From Myxococcota bacterium (GTDB lineage Bacteria > Myxococcota > UBA4151), in assembly GCA_036338695.1 (NCBI GenBank), contig JAYZBQ010000048.1, forward strand, positions 224,001 to 288,000: a stretch of DNA of 64,000 bases. The letters run 5' to 3'. A program made the position numbers and the translations under genes. Of this stretch, positions 1 through 10,642 are shown in pieces. Each line of letters opens with the position of its first letter. The stretch's first letter is position 1. The notes beneath the pieces were generated by a model that saw only the letters and a program-made list of their open reading frames with translations, was not told the origin of the DNA and did no database searches.

Positions 1-1
1 G

Positions 2-646
2 AACTTCTTCACCATCCGTGAGGTGTTAGAGCGCTTCAGCGGCGAGGCGATCCGTTACTTCCTGCTGACCACCCATTACCGGGCGCCGATCAACTTCTCC
101 GATGCGCCGCTGATCGAAGCTGCAGATCGGATCGTCTACCTCTACGAGACCTTAGCGCGTGCCGACGAGGGTATGACGTCGGGCAACCCCGAGCTCGAGC
201 CGCTTGAGCTCGTCGCCGAGCTGCAGCTCAGCCATCGCCTCGAGCAGGCGCTGTGCGAAGACCTCAACACCTGCAAGGTGCTGGCGCTGCTCTCGGACGC
301 GCTCAGGACGATCAACGCGCTCGCTGAGCAGCCACCTGCGACGAAGGCGGAGCGCAAGCGGGTCCCGGCCTCGCTTCGAGCCCTACGTCAAGAGCTCGAG
401 CCTGTACTGTCCGTACTCGGGATCGGCGAGAGTGACCCTCAACGTTGGCTCGACGCTCGGCGCGACCAACAAGCCGAGGCGCGCGGTATCGACCCCGCCG
501 AGATCGAAGCTCAGATCGCCGCACGGCAAAGCGCAAAACTCGAGCGAGATTTTGCAAAGGCTGACGCCCTGCGCGAGGCTCTGGCGAGTCAAGGGATTGA
601 ACTCTTGGACAAGCGGGCAGGGACCGTCTGGCGGTTTCTGACCTAA
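2..646 (+). CDS. cysS: Cysteine--tRNA ligase, C-terminal part (5' truncated by window edge)
   Basis: Frame open from the window start: NFFTIREVL..IRYFLLTTHYRAPINFS, then DLNT and anticodon-binding tail R..AK..RDFAKADALREAL...GIELLD...GTVW. Confidence 0.95.
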   Translation, partial: NFFTIREVLERFSGEAIRYFLLTTHYRAPINFSDAPLIEAADRIVYLYETLARADEGMTSGNPELEPLELVAELQLSHRLEQALCEDLNTCKVLALLSDALRTINALAEQPPATKAERKRVPASLRALRQELEPVLSVLGIGESDPQRWLDARRDQQAEARGIDPAEIEAQIAARQSAKLERDFAKADALREALASQGIELLDKRAGTVWRFLT

Positions 647-659
647 CCGAGGAGCCGCC

Positions 660-1124
660 GTGAACGAGCCCAGCGAGCTGCGCCGAGATTTCCTGAGAAA
701 TCTGCCTTTGTTTGGCGGGGTCAGCCTCGAGGCTTGTGCGCAGCTTGCACAGGCGATTAAGCCCTTTGAGATCGATGACGGCAGCGCCGTGTATCAAGCC
801 GGTGAGACCGGCGACTCCCTCTACATCCTCTTCTCGGGTGAGGTCGCGCTCGAGCAGGGACAGGTCGTGCTCAACGAGCTGTCATCAGGCGCCCATCTGG
901 GCGACCTCGAGTTCTTCGATATGGCGCCGCGCAGCTTCACCGTGCGCGCCGTGGGGCCTTGCGAGGTCTGGCGTATCCCCTATCAAGCCTTTGACGAGCT
1001 TCGACGACAAGACCTGAGGAACTTTGCGCTCATCGCCATGAACGCTGCGCGTCAAATGAGCCGCCGTCTGCGCGAGATCGACACCGAACGCGTCGAGCGG
1101 CGCGCTGAAGAGGTGCGACACTAG
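660..1124 (+). CDS. Cyclic nucleotide-binding (cNMP/Crp-type sensor) domain protein without HTH
   Basis: LPLFGG, VYQAGETGDSLYILFSGEV, GAHLGDL, PRSFTVRA motifs; GAGGAG RBS before the GTG. Confidence 0.85.
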   Translation: MNEPSELRRDFLRNLPLFGGVSLEACAQLAQAIKPFEIDDGSAVYQAGETGDSLYILFSGEVALEQGQVVLNELSSGAHLGDLEFFDMAPRSFTVRAVGPCEVWRIPYQAFDELRRQDLRNFALIAMNAARQMSRRLREIDTERVERRAEEVRH

Positions 1125-1507
1125 GGGCAGCCGCCGGGGTCTGGTGACGGGACCGGGAGCAGGGTCAGGCGGATCGGCGTCTGCGCCTCGCCCTCCTCGA
1201 CCACGAGGGTTCGAGAGCACGCCACCGCGACACGGCGGCTGACGTCGCAGCCATCCCCCTCGATGCACCCATCGATCCGCAGCGTAAAGGCTCGCCCCGC
1301 CTCAGGAAACGGGATCCGGATCGGCCCATCGCCGACCCGCTGCGCTGGATACACCACGGGGGTCTCTGAGGTGAACTCGCGCACAAAAACCCGAAACCAG
1401 ACGATCCGCTCTTGCACCCCCGGGTCGCGCTCAAGCTCGACGGTCAACTCAGGGCCTCCGCAGCCCATACCAAGCGCCAGCCCGCACAGCAGCGTCCACG
1501 CTCTCAT
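1121..1507 (-). CDS. Small putative lipoprotein, unknown function
   Basis: Signal peptide with lipobox-like LALGMGC; ATGA overlap with the upstream gene. Confidence 0.65.
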   Translation of the reverse strand: MRAWTLLCGLALGMGCGGPELTVELERDPGVQERIVWFRVFVREFTSETPVVYPAQRVGDGPIRIPFPEAGRAFTLRIDGCIEGDGCDVSRRVAVACSRTLVVEEGEAQTPIRLTLLPVPSPDPGGCP

Positions 1508-2628
1508 CGCAGCCCCCCTGGATCGATCACGACACCCGACCCATCCTCAAGCCACAGGGCCAAACCAACCCCAGAGAGCACCGCCACCACGACCCCCGAG
1601 GCGACGGCGCCGATCACCACAGGGCGCAGCTGATTCGGCGCTCGCCCCATCGCTCGCTCAAGAAGCTGCTCACTGGGAGGAGGCGCCGAGGCGTCACGCA
1701 AGCTGCGCAGCAGATCACCGAGCGGTTTGAGCGGCGCGTCCTGCGCGGTCAGGTTAGCGACAGTCAAGCCTTCAATGACGCCCGCCTCGCTGAGTCTCAG
1801 GCCAAACAGATCAAAGCCCTGGGCGGCGCGCACCACACCGACGGCGAACCGAACGCGTCCTTGCCCCGTGGTCGCCGCAGCGCGCGTCAAACGCTCGGCT
1901 CCTAGCCGCTCGCGCCACACCGAGAAGAAGGCGCCGGCGGTCTGTGCGTCTGCGCCCAAGTCGGCGCGCACCACGCGCCCCTCGCGGCCTAAATCTACAA
2001 CCTGCTGAACACTCCGAGCCCCCGCTACCACCCGCAGGTAGTGACGCCCCGGGACGAGGTTCGAGATCGTCATCGGCGCTTGACCCTTCGGTTTTCCGTC
2101 GAGCCAGATGGTCGCGCCGGCTGGTCGGACCTCAACCGTCAGGCTGCGCCGAGCGCCTGCAAGCGTCGTAACAGCGAGGCGCTCATAGGCGCTGAGCACC
2201 TCAGGTCGGTACAAGCTCGGGTCTAAAAAGGCGTCGGGAAGGAGCGCGTGGTGCTGCTGAAACGCCGAGGCGGCGCCGAGCTCGTCATCGAGCAAAAGCT
2301 GGATCTGACCCAACATCAACAGGCTCTCAGCCAGCAGCTCGACGCTGTCGAGCCACGGGTGAGTGTTTGCGCTCATGGCTCCGATCAGCCGCTCAACAGC
2401 GCCTCGACTCGCCTCTAAATTGCCCCGCCGAAAGGTGACGTTAATCGCTGCTAGGCGCTGCTTCCAGCTCTCGATCTGCGCCGCTTGTGCCTGCCGCAGC
2501 CCCAAAAACTCGGCGGACTTCAGCTGAAGCCGCTCCACCAGAGCCGGCGGCACCTCGCTCTCGAGCGCGTCGACGCCGATCCACACGGGCCCCGAAGCCA
2601 TCACGACCATCAGCGTCACTGCTAGCAT
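1504..2628 (-). CDS. PEGA-domain protein with TPR-like helices and C-terminal TM helix
   Basis: LTVEVRPAGATIWLDGKPKGQAPMTISNLVPGRHYLRV (PEGA); N-terminal signal; ATG at 2628 with GGAGAG RBS. Confidence 0.8.
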   Translation of the reverse strand: MLAVTLMVVMASGPVWIGVDALESEVPPALVERLQLKSAEFLGLRQAQAAQIESWKQRLAAINVTFRRGNLEASRGAVERLIGAMSANTHPWLDSVELLAESLLMLGQIQLLLDDELGAASAFQQHHALLPDAFLDPSLYRPEVLSAYERLAVTTLAGARRSLTVEVRPAGATIWLDGKPKGQAPMTISNLVPGRHYLRVVAGARSVQQVVDLGREGRVVRADLGADAQTAGAFFSVWRERLGAERLTRAAATTGQGRVRFAVGVVRAAQGFDLFGLRLSEAGVIEGLTVANLTAQDAPLKPLGDLLRSLRDASAPPPSEQLLERAMGRAPNQLRPVVIGAVASGVVVAVLSGVGLALWLEDGSGVVIDPGGLR

Positions 2629-2738
2629 GGTTCTCTCCACCGCCTACGTCACTGTGCCAAACGGAGCGCACATTGGTCCAGAAACTTGGAAAGAAACGCC
2701 GCGACGGCTAAATCGGTGGCACGACTCAAGGAGCGTTT

Positions 2739-4727
2739 TTGAGTTTTTCCGGAGGTCAACCGACCCACATCGGGCGCTATCGTATCCTTCGCCGGCTTGC
2801 GAGCGGTGGCTTAGCCGAGGTCTATCTCGGCGTCTCCGAGGGACCCGACGGCTTCATCAAACCGGTCGCTATCAAGCGCCTCCACAGCTACTTCGCTGAA
2901 AACGCTAGTTTCATTAACATGTTGGCGGATGAAGCGCGCGTCACGGCGCGCTTAGACCACCCGCACATCGCGCAGGTGCTCGAGTTCAACTACGACGAGG
3001 CGAACGGCGAGGGCTACCTCGTCTACGAGTTCGTGCCCGGGCGGACGCTGAGTCAGCTGCTGCGGCAAGATCCGCGCGGCGCGAAGGGCGCGCGCGGCGA
3101 GCGCTTTGCCCTCAGCGAGCCCGAGGCCATCGCCGTCACCATCGGCTGCGCACGAGCACTCCATTACGCGGCGCAGCGGGTCGACAACCGCGGCGAAAAG
3201 CTCGGCGTGGTGCACCGCGACCTCTCGCCACCGAACATCATGGTCAGCTTCTCGGGTACGGTGAAGGTGATCGACTTTGGCATCGCCCAAGCGAAACACC
3301 GAATCGAGCAGACCGAGACGGGGGTCGTGAAAGGTAAGTTCCGTTATATGAGCCCAGAGCAGCTGCGCGGGGATGAGCTCACGCACTGCTCGGATCTCTA
3401 CTCGCTCGGGGTCGTCTTGTTCGAACTCCTCAACGGCGAAGCGCTCTTTCAAGCAGACGATGACCTGGCGCTGATGGCGAAGGTGCAGTCGGGTATGAGG
3501 GCGCCTTTTCATGAGAGCTTACCGGACACCAGCGCCGAGCTCATTGCGCTGCTCGAGCAGCTGCTTGAGCAGCCGATCGGCAACCGGGTGCCGTCAGGCG
3601 CTGAGCTGGCGCAAAGACTCCAACAGATTCTGATCCAGACCCATGAAGTCTTTGACCATGAGCAGATTCTGCACGCGCTCATGGAGCGGCGTTTTCCGGG
3701 CGCCGGCTCGGCCATCGAGCAAGAGCTCTCGCTCTCCAGCGCGCCGAAAGAGGCCGAGGGAGTGCGCCGCGTCCAGAAACTCGGTCTCGACCGCACCGCC
3801 GCATCGCCTACCCTGACGCTGGCAAGCGCACCGACGACGCCCTTTGATGCAAGCGGCGCACCGGACCACTGGTCTGATCAACCGACGATCGTGAGCCAGA
3901 CGCTCGAATTCGAGGACGACGACAACACGGAAGGGCTGGTCACCGATAAGATCGTGCGCAGTGACCCGCTCCGACAGACGCTCATGGTGTTGGTTGTCTT
4001 TGTCACCGTCGCCATTTTGACCTTTGCGGCGGTGCGATGGCGGCAGGCGGCCGACCCACCCGAGCCGGCAAAAGCAGCAGCGATCGAACAGGTACCACTG
4101 GCGGTTAACTGTCCCCCTCAGGCGCAAATTGAGCTGAGCTCGGCAGGGACTCAGTTGATCAAACAGGGGTGCCCCTTCGCCGAGGTGCTGCCTGTCGGGA
4201 CCTACGAAGCGGTGATCACGCGCGCCGGATACACCCCCAAACGCCTGACCATCACACTCAACGAGCCGACCCGATACCCGAACCAAGGCAGCATCCCGCT
4301 GCTGCCCATTAGGGGCATGCTCGAGTTAGCGATCGCGCCTCCAGGGCTCGAGTCGACGATCGAGATCGACGGCGAGCCATGGAGTCAAGGCCAAGCGCTC
4401 ACGCCGGGCTCAAAAACGGTCACGGTCCTAGCCAAAGGCTTTCTTCGCCAGACCCTCACCGCCCATATCGTCGGTGATGAGACCACTCGCCTGGCGGTGA
4501 CGCTCAAGCGCCCACAGTTTGGCAAACTCCACATCAAAGCCCCGCCTCGAGGCTGGTCGGATGTCTACCATGGCGGCAAGAAAATCTGTTCGATGCCGCC
4601 TGGCTGTGAACGCTTGACCTTACCCGGCGGAATCCAGACTCTAGAGCTCCGCTCCGTGGGTGCGCCGCAGCGGCGCCGGGTCCACATCCGAGCCAACGCG
4701 ACCACCGTGCTGGATCTGTCGAAGTAA
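2739..4727 (+). CDS. Eukaryote-like Ser/Thr protein kinase, membrane-spanning, with extracellular PEGA-like domains
   Basis: ASGGLAEVY, VAIK, HRDLSPPN, DFG, GKFRYMSPE; TM helix near aa 415-435; C-terminal beta repeats. Confidence 0.92.
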   Translation: MSFSGGQPTHIGRYRILRRLASGGLAEVYLGVSEGPDGFIKPVAIKRLHSYFAENASFINMLADEARVTARLDHPHIAQVLEFNYDEANGEGYLVYEFVPGRTLSQLLRQDPRGAKGARGERFALSEPEAIAVTIGCARALHYAAQRVDNRGEKLGVVHRDLSPPNIMVSFSGTVKVIDFGIAQAKHRIEQTETGVVKGKFRYMSPEQLRGDELTHCSDLYSLGVVLFELLNGEALFQADDDLALMAKVQSGMRAPFHESLPDTSAELIALLEQLLEQPIGNRVPSGAELAQRLQQILIQTHEVFDHEQILHALMERRFPGAGSAIEQELSLSSAPKEAEGVRRVQKLGLDRTAASPTLTLASAPTTPFDASGAPDHWSDQPTIVSQTLEFEDDDNTEGLVTDKIVRSDPLRQTLMVLVVFVTVAILTFAAVRWRQAADPPEPAKAAAIEQVPLAVNCPPQAQIELSSAGTQLIKQGCPFAEVLPVGTYEAVITRAGYTPKRLTITLNEPTRYPNQGSIPLLPIRGMLELAIAPPGLESTIEIDGEPWSQGQALTPGSKTVTVLAKGFLRQTLTAHIVGDETTRLAVTLKRPQFGKLHIKAPPRGWSDVYHGGKKICSMPPGCERLTLPGGIQTLELRSVGAPQRRRVHIRANATTVLDLSK

Positions 4728-4739
4728 AAGGAGTCACTC

Positions 4740-5777
4740 GTGCGGCTGCTCGTCCTCCTTGGCCTCTCCTCCTGCGCTGCGCCCCTCATCGAAGCGGAGC
4801 GGCGTCACTGCTTGTATTCGCTCGAGTGTGAGCTGGATGAGCGCTGCATTCAGCAACGCTGTGTGCGGCTCGACGCAGGCGCCAGTCAAGACGCAGGACC
4901 GGTCTGCGAAGACCCAGACAGCGACGGCGCCCACCTCGACGGGCTCATCATCCAGCGAGAGGAGACGCAGCGCAATCGACACGTCTGCCCGAGCTCGCCC
5001 GACCAATACATTCACCAGCTCACCGTCGGTGCCCAGGTGCACGCTTGGGCGGTCGCCGAGTCGGGTCCGGCTCCCGTCCTGCACGTGATCGATCAGGACG
5101 CTGAGCTGCCCACAGCCTGCGCCGCTGGCGACGACCGCTGCAGCCAAGGGGGGCGACTGACCGGCCTGACGGTCACGCGCGTCGAGGCGAGCTCCAAAGT
5201 GATCGTAGCGGCTCCTGAGGCGCAGCTCACCCACTACGAGCTCGGCGTTCGCTTCGGCAACCCATGCGACCGCCAGACCGACTGCGGCGGTGACCGTCGC
5301 TGCGTCCAAGCCATCGCTGAGCGACCGGATCAAGTCGGCACCACGGGGATCTGTGTGTTCGCTCAAGAGCTCGAGATCGACAGCAATTGTGACCGCACCG
5401 ACCCAAGCAGCGAACACGCCGAGAGCGCCCCGGATACTGGCTCGCTCGATGAGCTCACCCTCGAGGACGTACCCACCTGTCAACACGACAACGATTGGTA
5501 CACCGTGCGGGTCGAGGCTGCCGGCGATGTGACCAAAACCGTCCGCCTCGTCAGCGTCGCTGCGACGGACAACGAGCTCAGCGGCGTCTCGCTGTTCATC
5601 GGGCTGTACAGCCCAGACGATCTACGCCCGCTCCGCTTTCAGGTGATCTACTTTCCGCCAGGGACGCTCGAGCTACCCTTGAGCCTGAGCAACCTCGCCC
5701 AAGGCGAGTATCGGCTCCGCATCACCCAGATCAATGCGCGCTCGGTCCCGAGCACCTACAGCCTGTCGAGCCCTTAG
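4740..5777 (+). CDS. Cys-rich lipoprotein with a C-terminal PPC-like beta domain
   Basis: Lipobox LGLSSC; C-x4-ECxxxxxC-x4-C modules; TCQHDNDWY..GEYRLRI; AAGGAG RBS. Confidence 0.7.
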   Translation: MRLLVLLGLSSCAAPLIEAERRHCLYSLECELDERCIQQRCVRLDAGASQDAGPVCEDPDSDGAHLDGLIIQREETQRNRHVCPSSPDQYIHQLTVGAQVHAWAVAESGPAPVLHVIDQDAELPTACAAGDDRCSQGGRLTGLTVTRVEASSKVIVAAPEAQLTHYELGVRFGNPCDRQTDCGGDRRCVQAIAERPDQVGTTGICVFAQELEIDSNCDRTDPSSEHAESAPDTGSLDELTLEDVPTCQHDNDWYTVRVEAAGDVTKTVRLVSVAATDNELSGVSLFIGLYSPDDLRPLRFQVIYFPPGTLELPLSLSNLAQGEYRLRITQINARSVPSTYSLSSP

Positions 5778-7483
5778 ACCTCGTCGAGTGGCGACCACTT
5801 CTTCGTCGGCTCGTTCCGCTCGAGCTCCAGCTCCAAGTCGCGACCGATCAGTCGGTCTTGAACCATGCTGCGCAGCTCGGCTAAGCCCTCGCCCGTCGTC
5901 GCGCTCACCCGCACCGAGTGTCCGCCGATGCGGCCAGCCGAGTGCCCGCTGGCGTCGCATTTGTTGCGAACGATCAGGCGCGGGATGGCGCCGCACCCGA
6001 TCGCTTCAAGCACGTCGTGAACCGCCGCAACACGTCGCTCCTCACCATCCTGTGCGTCGTCGATAACGTGAAGCAACAAGTCGGCGTCAGAGGCTTCCTC
6101 GAGCGTCGCTCGGAAGGCTTCGATGAGGTCTCGCGGCAGATCTCGAATAAACCCCACCGTATCCACCAGCACGACCTCTTTCTCAGCGGGCGCTAAATGA
6201 GCCGCCTCGGGGCGCACCAACCACTTGCGGTTGGTGGTATCAAGGGTCGCAAACAGCTGATCTTCAGCGAGCACATCGGCGCCGGTCAAGGCATTCAAAA
6301 GGGTCGACTTTCCAGCGTTTGTATAGCCGACCAAGGCCACCTTCCCGAGGCCACCACGCTGCCGCTGGCGCCGCTGAAGGTTGCGCTGTTTCTTGCGTTG
6401 ATCGAGCTCTTTTTGGAGCCTCGACAGGCGCTCCCTGGCGCGGCGCCGGCTCACCTCGATCGCGGACTCGCCTGGTCCCCGACCGCCGAGCCCACCCGCC
6501 AAGCGAGATAAGCCGCTGTGTCGCTCGATCAGGCGAGGTAGGCTGTACCGTAGCTGCGCCATCTCGACCTGTGTTTTAGCGACCGCCGAGGTGGCCCGGC
6601 GCGCAAAAATCTCTAAGATCAACTGCGTGCGATCGAGAATTTTCAGCTCGGTCTTCCGGCTCAAATTAAGGAGCTGGCGCGGGGTGATGTCGCGGTCAAA
6701 AATCATCCCTTCGGTGTCTTGGTCAAGGCACTCGAGGATCAAGTCCTCGAGCCGCCCCTTACCCAAGATGGTCTTTGGATCGATCCGGCGACGACGCTGA
6801 ATCGCTGTAAAGACGACCTCGACGCCTGCGGTCTTAGCGAGCTCAACGAGTTCTTCCATCCGCCGCTGGTCATCCTCTTTGCGGCCGGTGTGAACGCCAA
6901 CCAACGCCCACCGAGGTCCCGTGATCTCTTGCGCCCGCGTCTGCCGTGCGACCTCATGGTCGATGCGCTCAAGCTCTTTGGCGTAGTCGAGCTCGTTGAG
7001 ATGGCGCGTCGAAGCGTCTGTCCGCTCGACGCTGCGCACCGAGCCGTCCTGATGATACACCGGCAACGCCAGAACGGCGGCGCCTAGGCTGCCGTCACGG
7101 CGCGCCTCGATGTAGGCGAGGCCATCGAGACGAAGCCGGGTCAGGTCGGTCCTCAGGTCAGCCGGTAAAACCGGCGGAGCTTGCGTCGGCGGCGTCATCA
7201 CCACCAGCCTCAGACCGCGTGTTCGACCGACGCCGCCCCCTAAGCGACCCAGGTCCGGCATCCAAAGACGGCGCGCCTCACCGAGCATGATGTGCCGGAC
7301 GTGCCCGCGCCGATCGATGAGCACCCCCACGACGCGCCCGAGCTCACGAGCGACGTTTCCCATGTTCTTGCACAGACTGGGGCTAACGAAGCGATCCGGC
7401 TCCGTCACCCCTCGCTCGAGCCGCTGCAGTTGATTGAGCTGGGTCGGACGGACCTTCTCGAAATCACCGGTTAATTGTGCCAA
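5774..7483 (-). CDS. hflX: GTPase HflX, long form with N-terminal extension
   Basis: DRTQLILEIF, GGRGPGE, GYTNAGKST, DQLFATLD, DTVGFI, NKCD, SATTGEG. Confidence 0.95.
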   Translation of the reverse strand: MAQLTGDFEKVRPTQLNQLQRLERGVTEPDRFVSPSLCKNMGNVARELGRVVGVLIDRRGHVRHIMLGEARRLWMPDLGRLGGGVGRTRGLRLVVMTPPTQAPPVLPADLRTDLTRLRLDGLAYIEARRDGSLGAAVLALPVYHQDGSVRSVERTDASTRHLNELDYAKELERIDHEVARQTRAQEITGPRWALVGVHTGRKEDDQRRMEELVELAKTAGVEVVFTAIQRRRRIDPKTILGKGRLEDLILECLDQDTEGMIFDRDITPRQLLNLSRKTELKILDRTQLILEIFARRATSAVAKTQVEMAQLRYSLPRLIERHSGLSRLAGGLGGRGPGESAIEVSRRRARERLSRLQKELDQRKKQRNLQRRQRQRGGLGKVALVGYTNAGKSTLLNALTGADVLAEDQLFATLDTTNRKWLVRPEAAHLAPAEKEVVLVDTVGFIRDLPRDLIEAFRATLEEASDADLLLHVIDDAQDGEERRVAAVHDVLEAIGCGAIPRLIVRNKCDASGHSAGRIGGHSVRVSATTGEGLAELRSMVQDRLIGRDLELELERNEPTKKWSPLDEV

Positions 7484-7541
7484 GTGTACCCCACAAGCGT
7501 TCAGCGGCTAGCTGCTCATAGCAACTCCGCACACGAAAGGA

Positions 7542-9065
7542 ATGCCGATGCGCCTTTGTTTGTTCCCCTTCGCCTGCTTTGTGCTGGCCGTCCAGGCCCG
7601 TGCCGAGGTGACGTTGACCGTGTCCGACGCCACGGCGGAGTACAGCGACGACGCCTTCTTGGAGGCGCGCCTGATGAACGGTGATGTGGCGCTCAACAAC
7701 CAGATCATCTCGTTCTCGCTGGAGCGAGAGGACGCCGAAGGCAACTTCCGCCCCGTCGGCGCCTCCGATACCGCTCCAACCGACAGCAACGGCGTGGCGC
7801 GCGCCTCGATCCGCTTGGTTAACGGGATGACGGCGCAGACGACGCATGAGCTCAAACCCGACCGCACGGACGAAGAGCGCTTCGCCGCCTACTCAGCGGG
7901 TGACTACCGAATCGTAGCGCGCCGCCAAGGGGGTGACTTCAACATCGCCTACGGCACGCTCACGATCCGTCGCGAGCAAGCGGCGCTCACGGTCCTGCCC
8001 GTGACCACGGTGGCGGGGTTCTCGCCGACGCTCAAGATCACGCTCGAGGACAAGGGCGACAACACACGCGACTGGGACTTCGTGGACGGCGAAGCGGTCG
8101 AGAGCAATAAGGTCGGCATCCAAGGGCGCGTCGTGAGCGTCTGGATGGATCGCAACGGCGACCAACAGTTCTACAACTGTACGGCGGGTGGGCGCTGCGT
8201 CGACGGCCACTGCGTTCAATGTCAAACCGACGACGATTGCCCTGGCGCCGTGTGCGACCAGGGCTTGTGCGTGGCCGAGCTCGGCGCCAACCAGTGCAGC
8301 GCCGACGAGGACTGTGCGCCCTTCTTCGGGGTGCAGGGTCTGCACTGCCTTGAGGGCGTCTGCGTCGCCGAAGCTTGCGACTACCTCGGTGAAGCGACGA
8401 CGGACAACAAAGGTCAGGCGTTCATGAGCTTCTCAACGGCGCCCAACGAGTGGGGCGAGCCCACCGTGGGCTACCATCAACTGATGCTCCGAGCCGAGTT
8501 TTCGGGGGACGAATTCTACGCCGGTGGCGGCAGCAAGGGCGATCTTGAGATCGCCCCCGGTCCGCTCGATATGAGCCAGGTTCCGCTGACGATCACGCGC
8601 AACAACGAGCAGATCACCGAGGTGGGGACGACCGAAGCGGTCGCCCTTGAGGTGCGCGCCTACCTGAGCGACGGGCTCGGCAACCTGTATGGCTTTAATG
8701 ACAAACCCTACCTGATCGGCGAGGGTGACTGCGCAGGCTGCGCCGAGGACCTCTGCCAAGACGTCATGCATCCTCAGTGCTTGCTCGAGCTCAACCCGGC
8801 GGACCTCGTCTTTGAGGCGAGCTCCGGCATCTTCATCACCGAGACCGAGCGCAACGCCAGCGACGGCGCCTTCGTCCGTCAATGGCGGCCTACCTACAGC
8901 GACGACGAGCAGGTCGAGTTCCGCGTCTTGCTCGGCGAGCTCTCGAGCCAGCCCAAAACCATCCGCTTGTTCGACACGAGCGGATGTGGCTGCACCAGCG
9001 CCAACCCCGCGCCTTTCTTGTGGTGGATTGGGCTCTTTGCGCTGTGGCGGCGGAGACGCCGTTGA
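7542..9065 (+). CDS. Secreted Ig-like/Cys-rich surface protein with MYXO-CTERM-like sorting tail
   Basis: Signal peptide (AQARA); internal Cys-rich insert; C-terminus SGCGCTSANPAPFLWWIGLFALWRRRRR. Confidence 0.8.
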   Translation: MPMRLCLFPFACFVLAVQARAEVTLTVSDATAEYSDDAFLEARLMNGDVALNNQIISFSLEREDAEGNFRPVGASDTAPTDSNGVARASIRLVNGMTAQTTHELKPDRTDEERFAAYSAGDYRIVARRQGGDFNIAYGTLTIRREQAALTVLPVTTVAGFSPTLKITLEDKGDNTRDWDFVDGEAVESNKVGIQGRVVSVWMDRNGDQQFYNCTAGGRCVDGHCVQCQTDDDCPGAVCDQGLCVAELGANQCSADEDCAPFFGVQGLHCLEGVCVAEACDYLGEATTDNKGQAFMSFSTAPNEWGEPTVGYHQLMLRAEFSGDEFYAGGGSKGDLEIAPGPLDMSQVPLTITRNNEQITEVGTTEAVALEVRAYLSDGLGNLYGFNDKPYLIGEGDCAGCAEDLCQDVMHPQCLLELNPADLVFEASSGIFITETERNASDGAFVRQWRPTYSDDEQVEFRVLLGELSSQPKTIRLFDTSGCGCTSANPAPFLWWIGLFALWRRRRR

Positions 9066-10642
9066 GTGCGCCGCTGGCGCGGATCGCCGAGGCGATGAAC
9101 CAGCTCGCCACGCTCACGCCCGCTGACCAATACCAAGCGCTCGTCGAGTCCGAACACACAGCCGAGCTGGTGCGCGCCATGGCGCCGCAAGACCTCCACG
9201 CTATCGCGCTCGCGGTCGGGAAAGAGGAGGCGCACGAGCTGCTCCCTCACTGCAGCGGGGAGCAGCTGGTCGGCCTCACCGACCTGTCGGGCTGGCAGGG
9301 CTACCGCTTTGACCTGGTCGGGTTTGAAGACTGGCTCACCGCCATGTTTGAGGCGGGGCATGAGACCATCGCCACCTACCTCAAAACCGCTGACATCGAG
9401 CAGCTGCTGCTCTACATGAACCACCGCTTCCGAGTCCACGAGGCGGACGAAGAGGGGGACTTCCCCACCCTACCCAACGCCGTGCCCAACGAGGCGCTCT
9501 GGTACAGCCCGGATCGCAAGTTTTGCTTGGAGATCTTGGACTGGCTCAAAGACCACGACCGGCTCCCGAATGACCCCATCCGGCCGCTGCTCAAAACTCT
9601 TGAAGGCATGGACCCCTTTCGGCTCTCACGGGTGCTCGCTGCGCTGCGCTGGGAGCTGGCAACCCCGCTCGAAGAGGACTGTCTGCAGCTGCGAAACGCA
9701 CGCATGGAAGAGATGGGCTTTCCGCCGCTCGAAGAGGCGGTGGTGTTGTTCGCACGCGGGCAACCGCGCGCTATCCTGCACGCGGGCGCACGCCGTTTGC
9801 CTGCGGCTGAGCAGACGGCGCCTGCGCTCACCCTGAGGGTGCGACGTCGAAACGACCTGCTCGCCACCGGTTTAGCCGGCTTGAGCGACGCGCACCGAGG
9901 GCACGTCCTGCAAGAGCTTGCGTACGCAGCCAACCAGTTGATGGTCGCTCAAGGTGCGCCGGTCGGTGACCCTGAGGCCATCAAATCGACCTGGCTGACC
10001 TTACGCGCCACGGTCAGCTTGGCGCTCGAATTTGCGGTACGAGGGCGGTCCGAGGACGAGGCTGAAGCGCTCAGCTTGACCCCGGATGTTCTTCGGCAGC
10101 ACAGCGTTCAGGCGCTCTTTCGCGCCGGGTACAACCTGACCGTCCCGCTCCAAGATCTGGCGCGCCGGATCCGGCGCGACCCGCGCAGCGGCATCGAGCG
10201 CCGAGCCACCTGGCTCGCCGAGGAGACACAGCTCCTGGTCGACGGTCTCAGCCAGAACCAGCCGGTGCGGCTGACGACGGCGCATGAGCCGAGCCCCCTA
10301 GAGCGCCTGAGTGAGCTCCACGAGCTCGCCCTGCGGCTGCAGCAACAGCTCGACATCATGGCGGGCGTCTTTGAGGACCCAAATCAAGCGCACTTGATCC
10401 TGCGCCGCAGCTGCGAGGGCACCAATTGCAGCGATCACGAGCAGCTGAACTTAGTGACGCTGCAGCGCACCGCGCAGGTCAATGAACAGCTCACCGGCCA
10501 GGCTCACCTGCAGCCGATCGCGCTCAGCGCACTCGAGACCTTGCGCAAACAACTCAACGAGGCGCATCCTCTGACACCGTTGCTGCGAGAGGCGGCGTTG
10601 ACCCCTCACGCAGCGGCGCTGTGGATTGACCTGGAGAGCTGA
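9062..10642 (+). CDS. Conserved hypothetical protein (DUF6178-like)
   Basis: VGKEEAHELL..S.EQL....DL..W and LEE..LQLRNARMEEMGFPPLEEA pattern; TTG overlapping the upstream TGA (alternative ATG at 9095). Confidence 0.75.
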   Translation: MSAPLARIAEAMNQLATLTPADQYQALVESEHTAELVRAMAPQDLHAIALAVGKEEAHELLPHCSGEQLVGLTDLSGWQGYRFDLVGFEDWLTAMFEAGHETIATYLKTADIEQLLLYMNHRFRVHEADEEGDFPTLPNAVPNEALWYSPDRKFCLEILDWLKDHDRLPNDPIRPLLKTLEGMDPFRLSRVLAALRWELATPLEEDCLQLRNARMEEMGFPPLEEAVVLFARGQPRAILHAGARRLPAAEQTAPALTLRVRRRNDLLATGLAGLSDAHRGHVLQELAYAANQLMVAQGAPVGDPEAIKSTWLTLRATVSLALEFAVRGRSEDEAEALSLTPDVLRQHSVQALFRAGYNLTVPLQDLARRIRRDPRSGIERRATWLAEETQLLVDGLSQNQPVRLTTAHEPSPLERLSELHELALRLQQQLDIMAGVFEDPNQAHLILRRSCEGTNCSDHEQLNLVTLQRTAQVNEQLTGQAHLQPIALSALETLRKQLNEAHPLTPLLREAALTPHAAALWIDLES

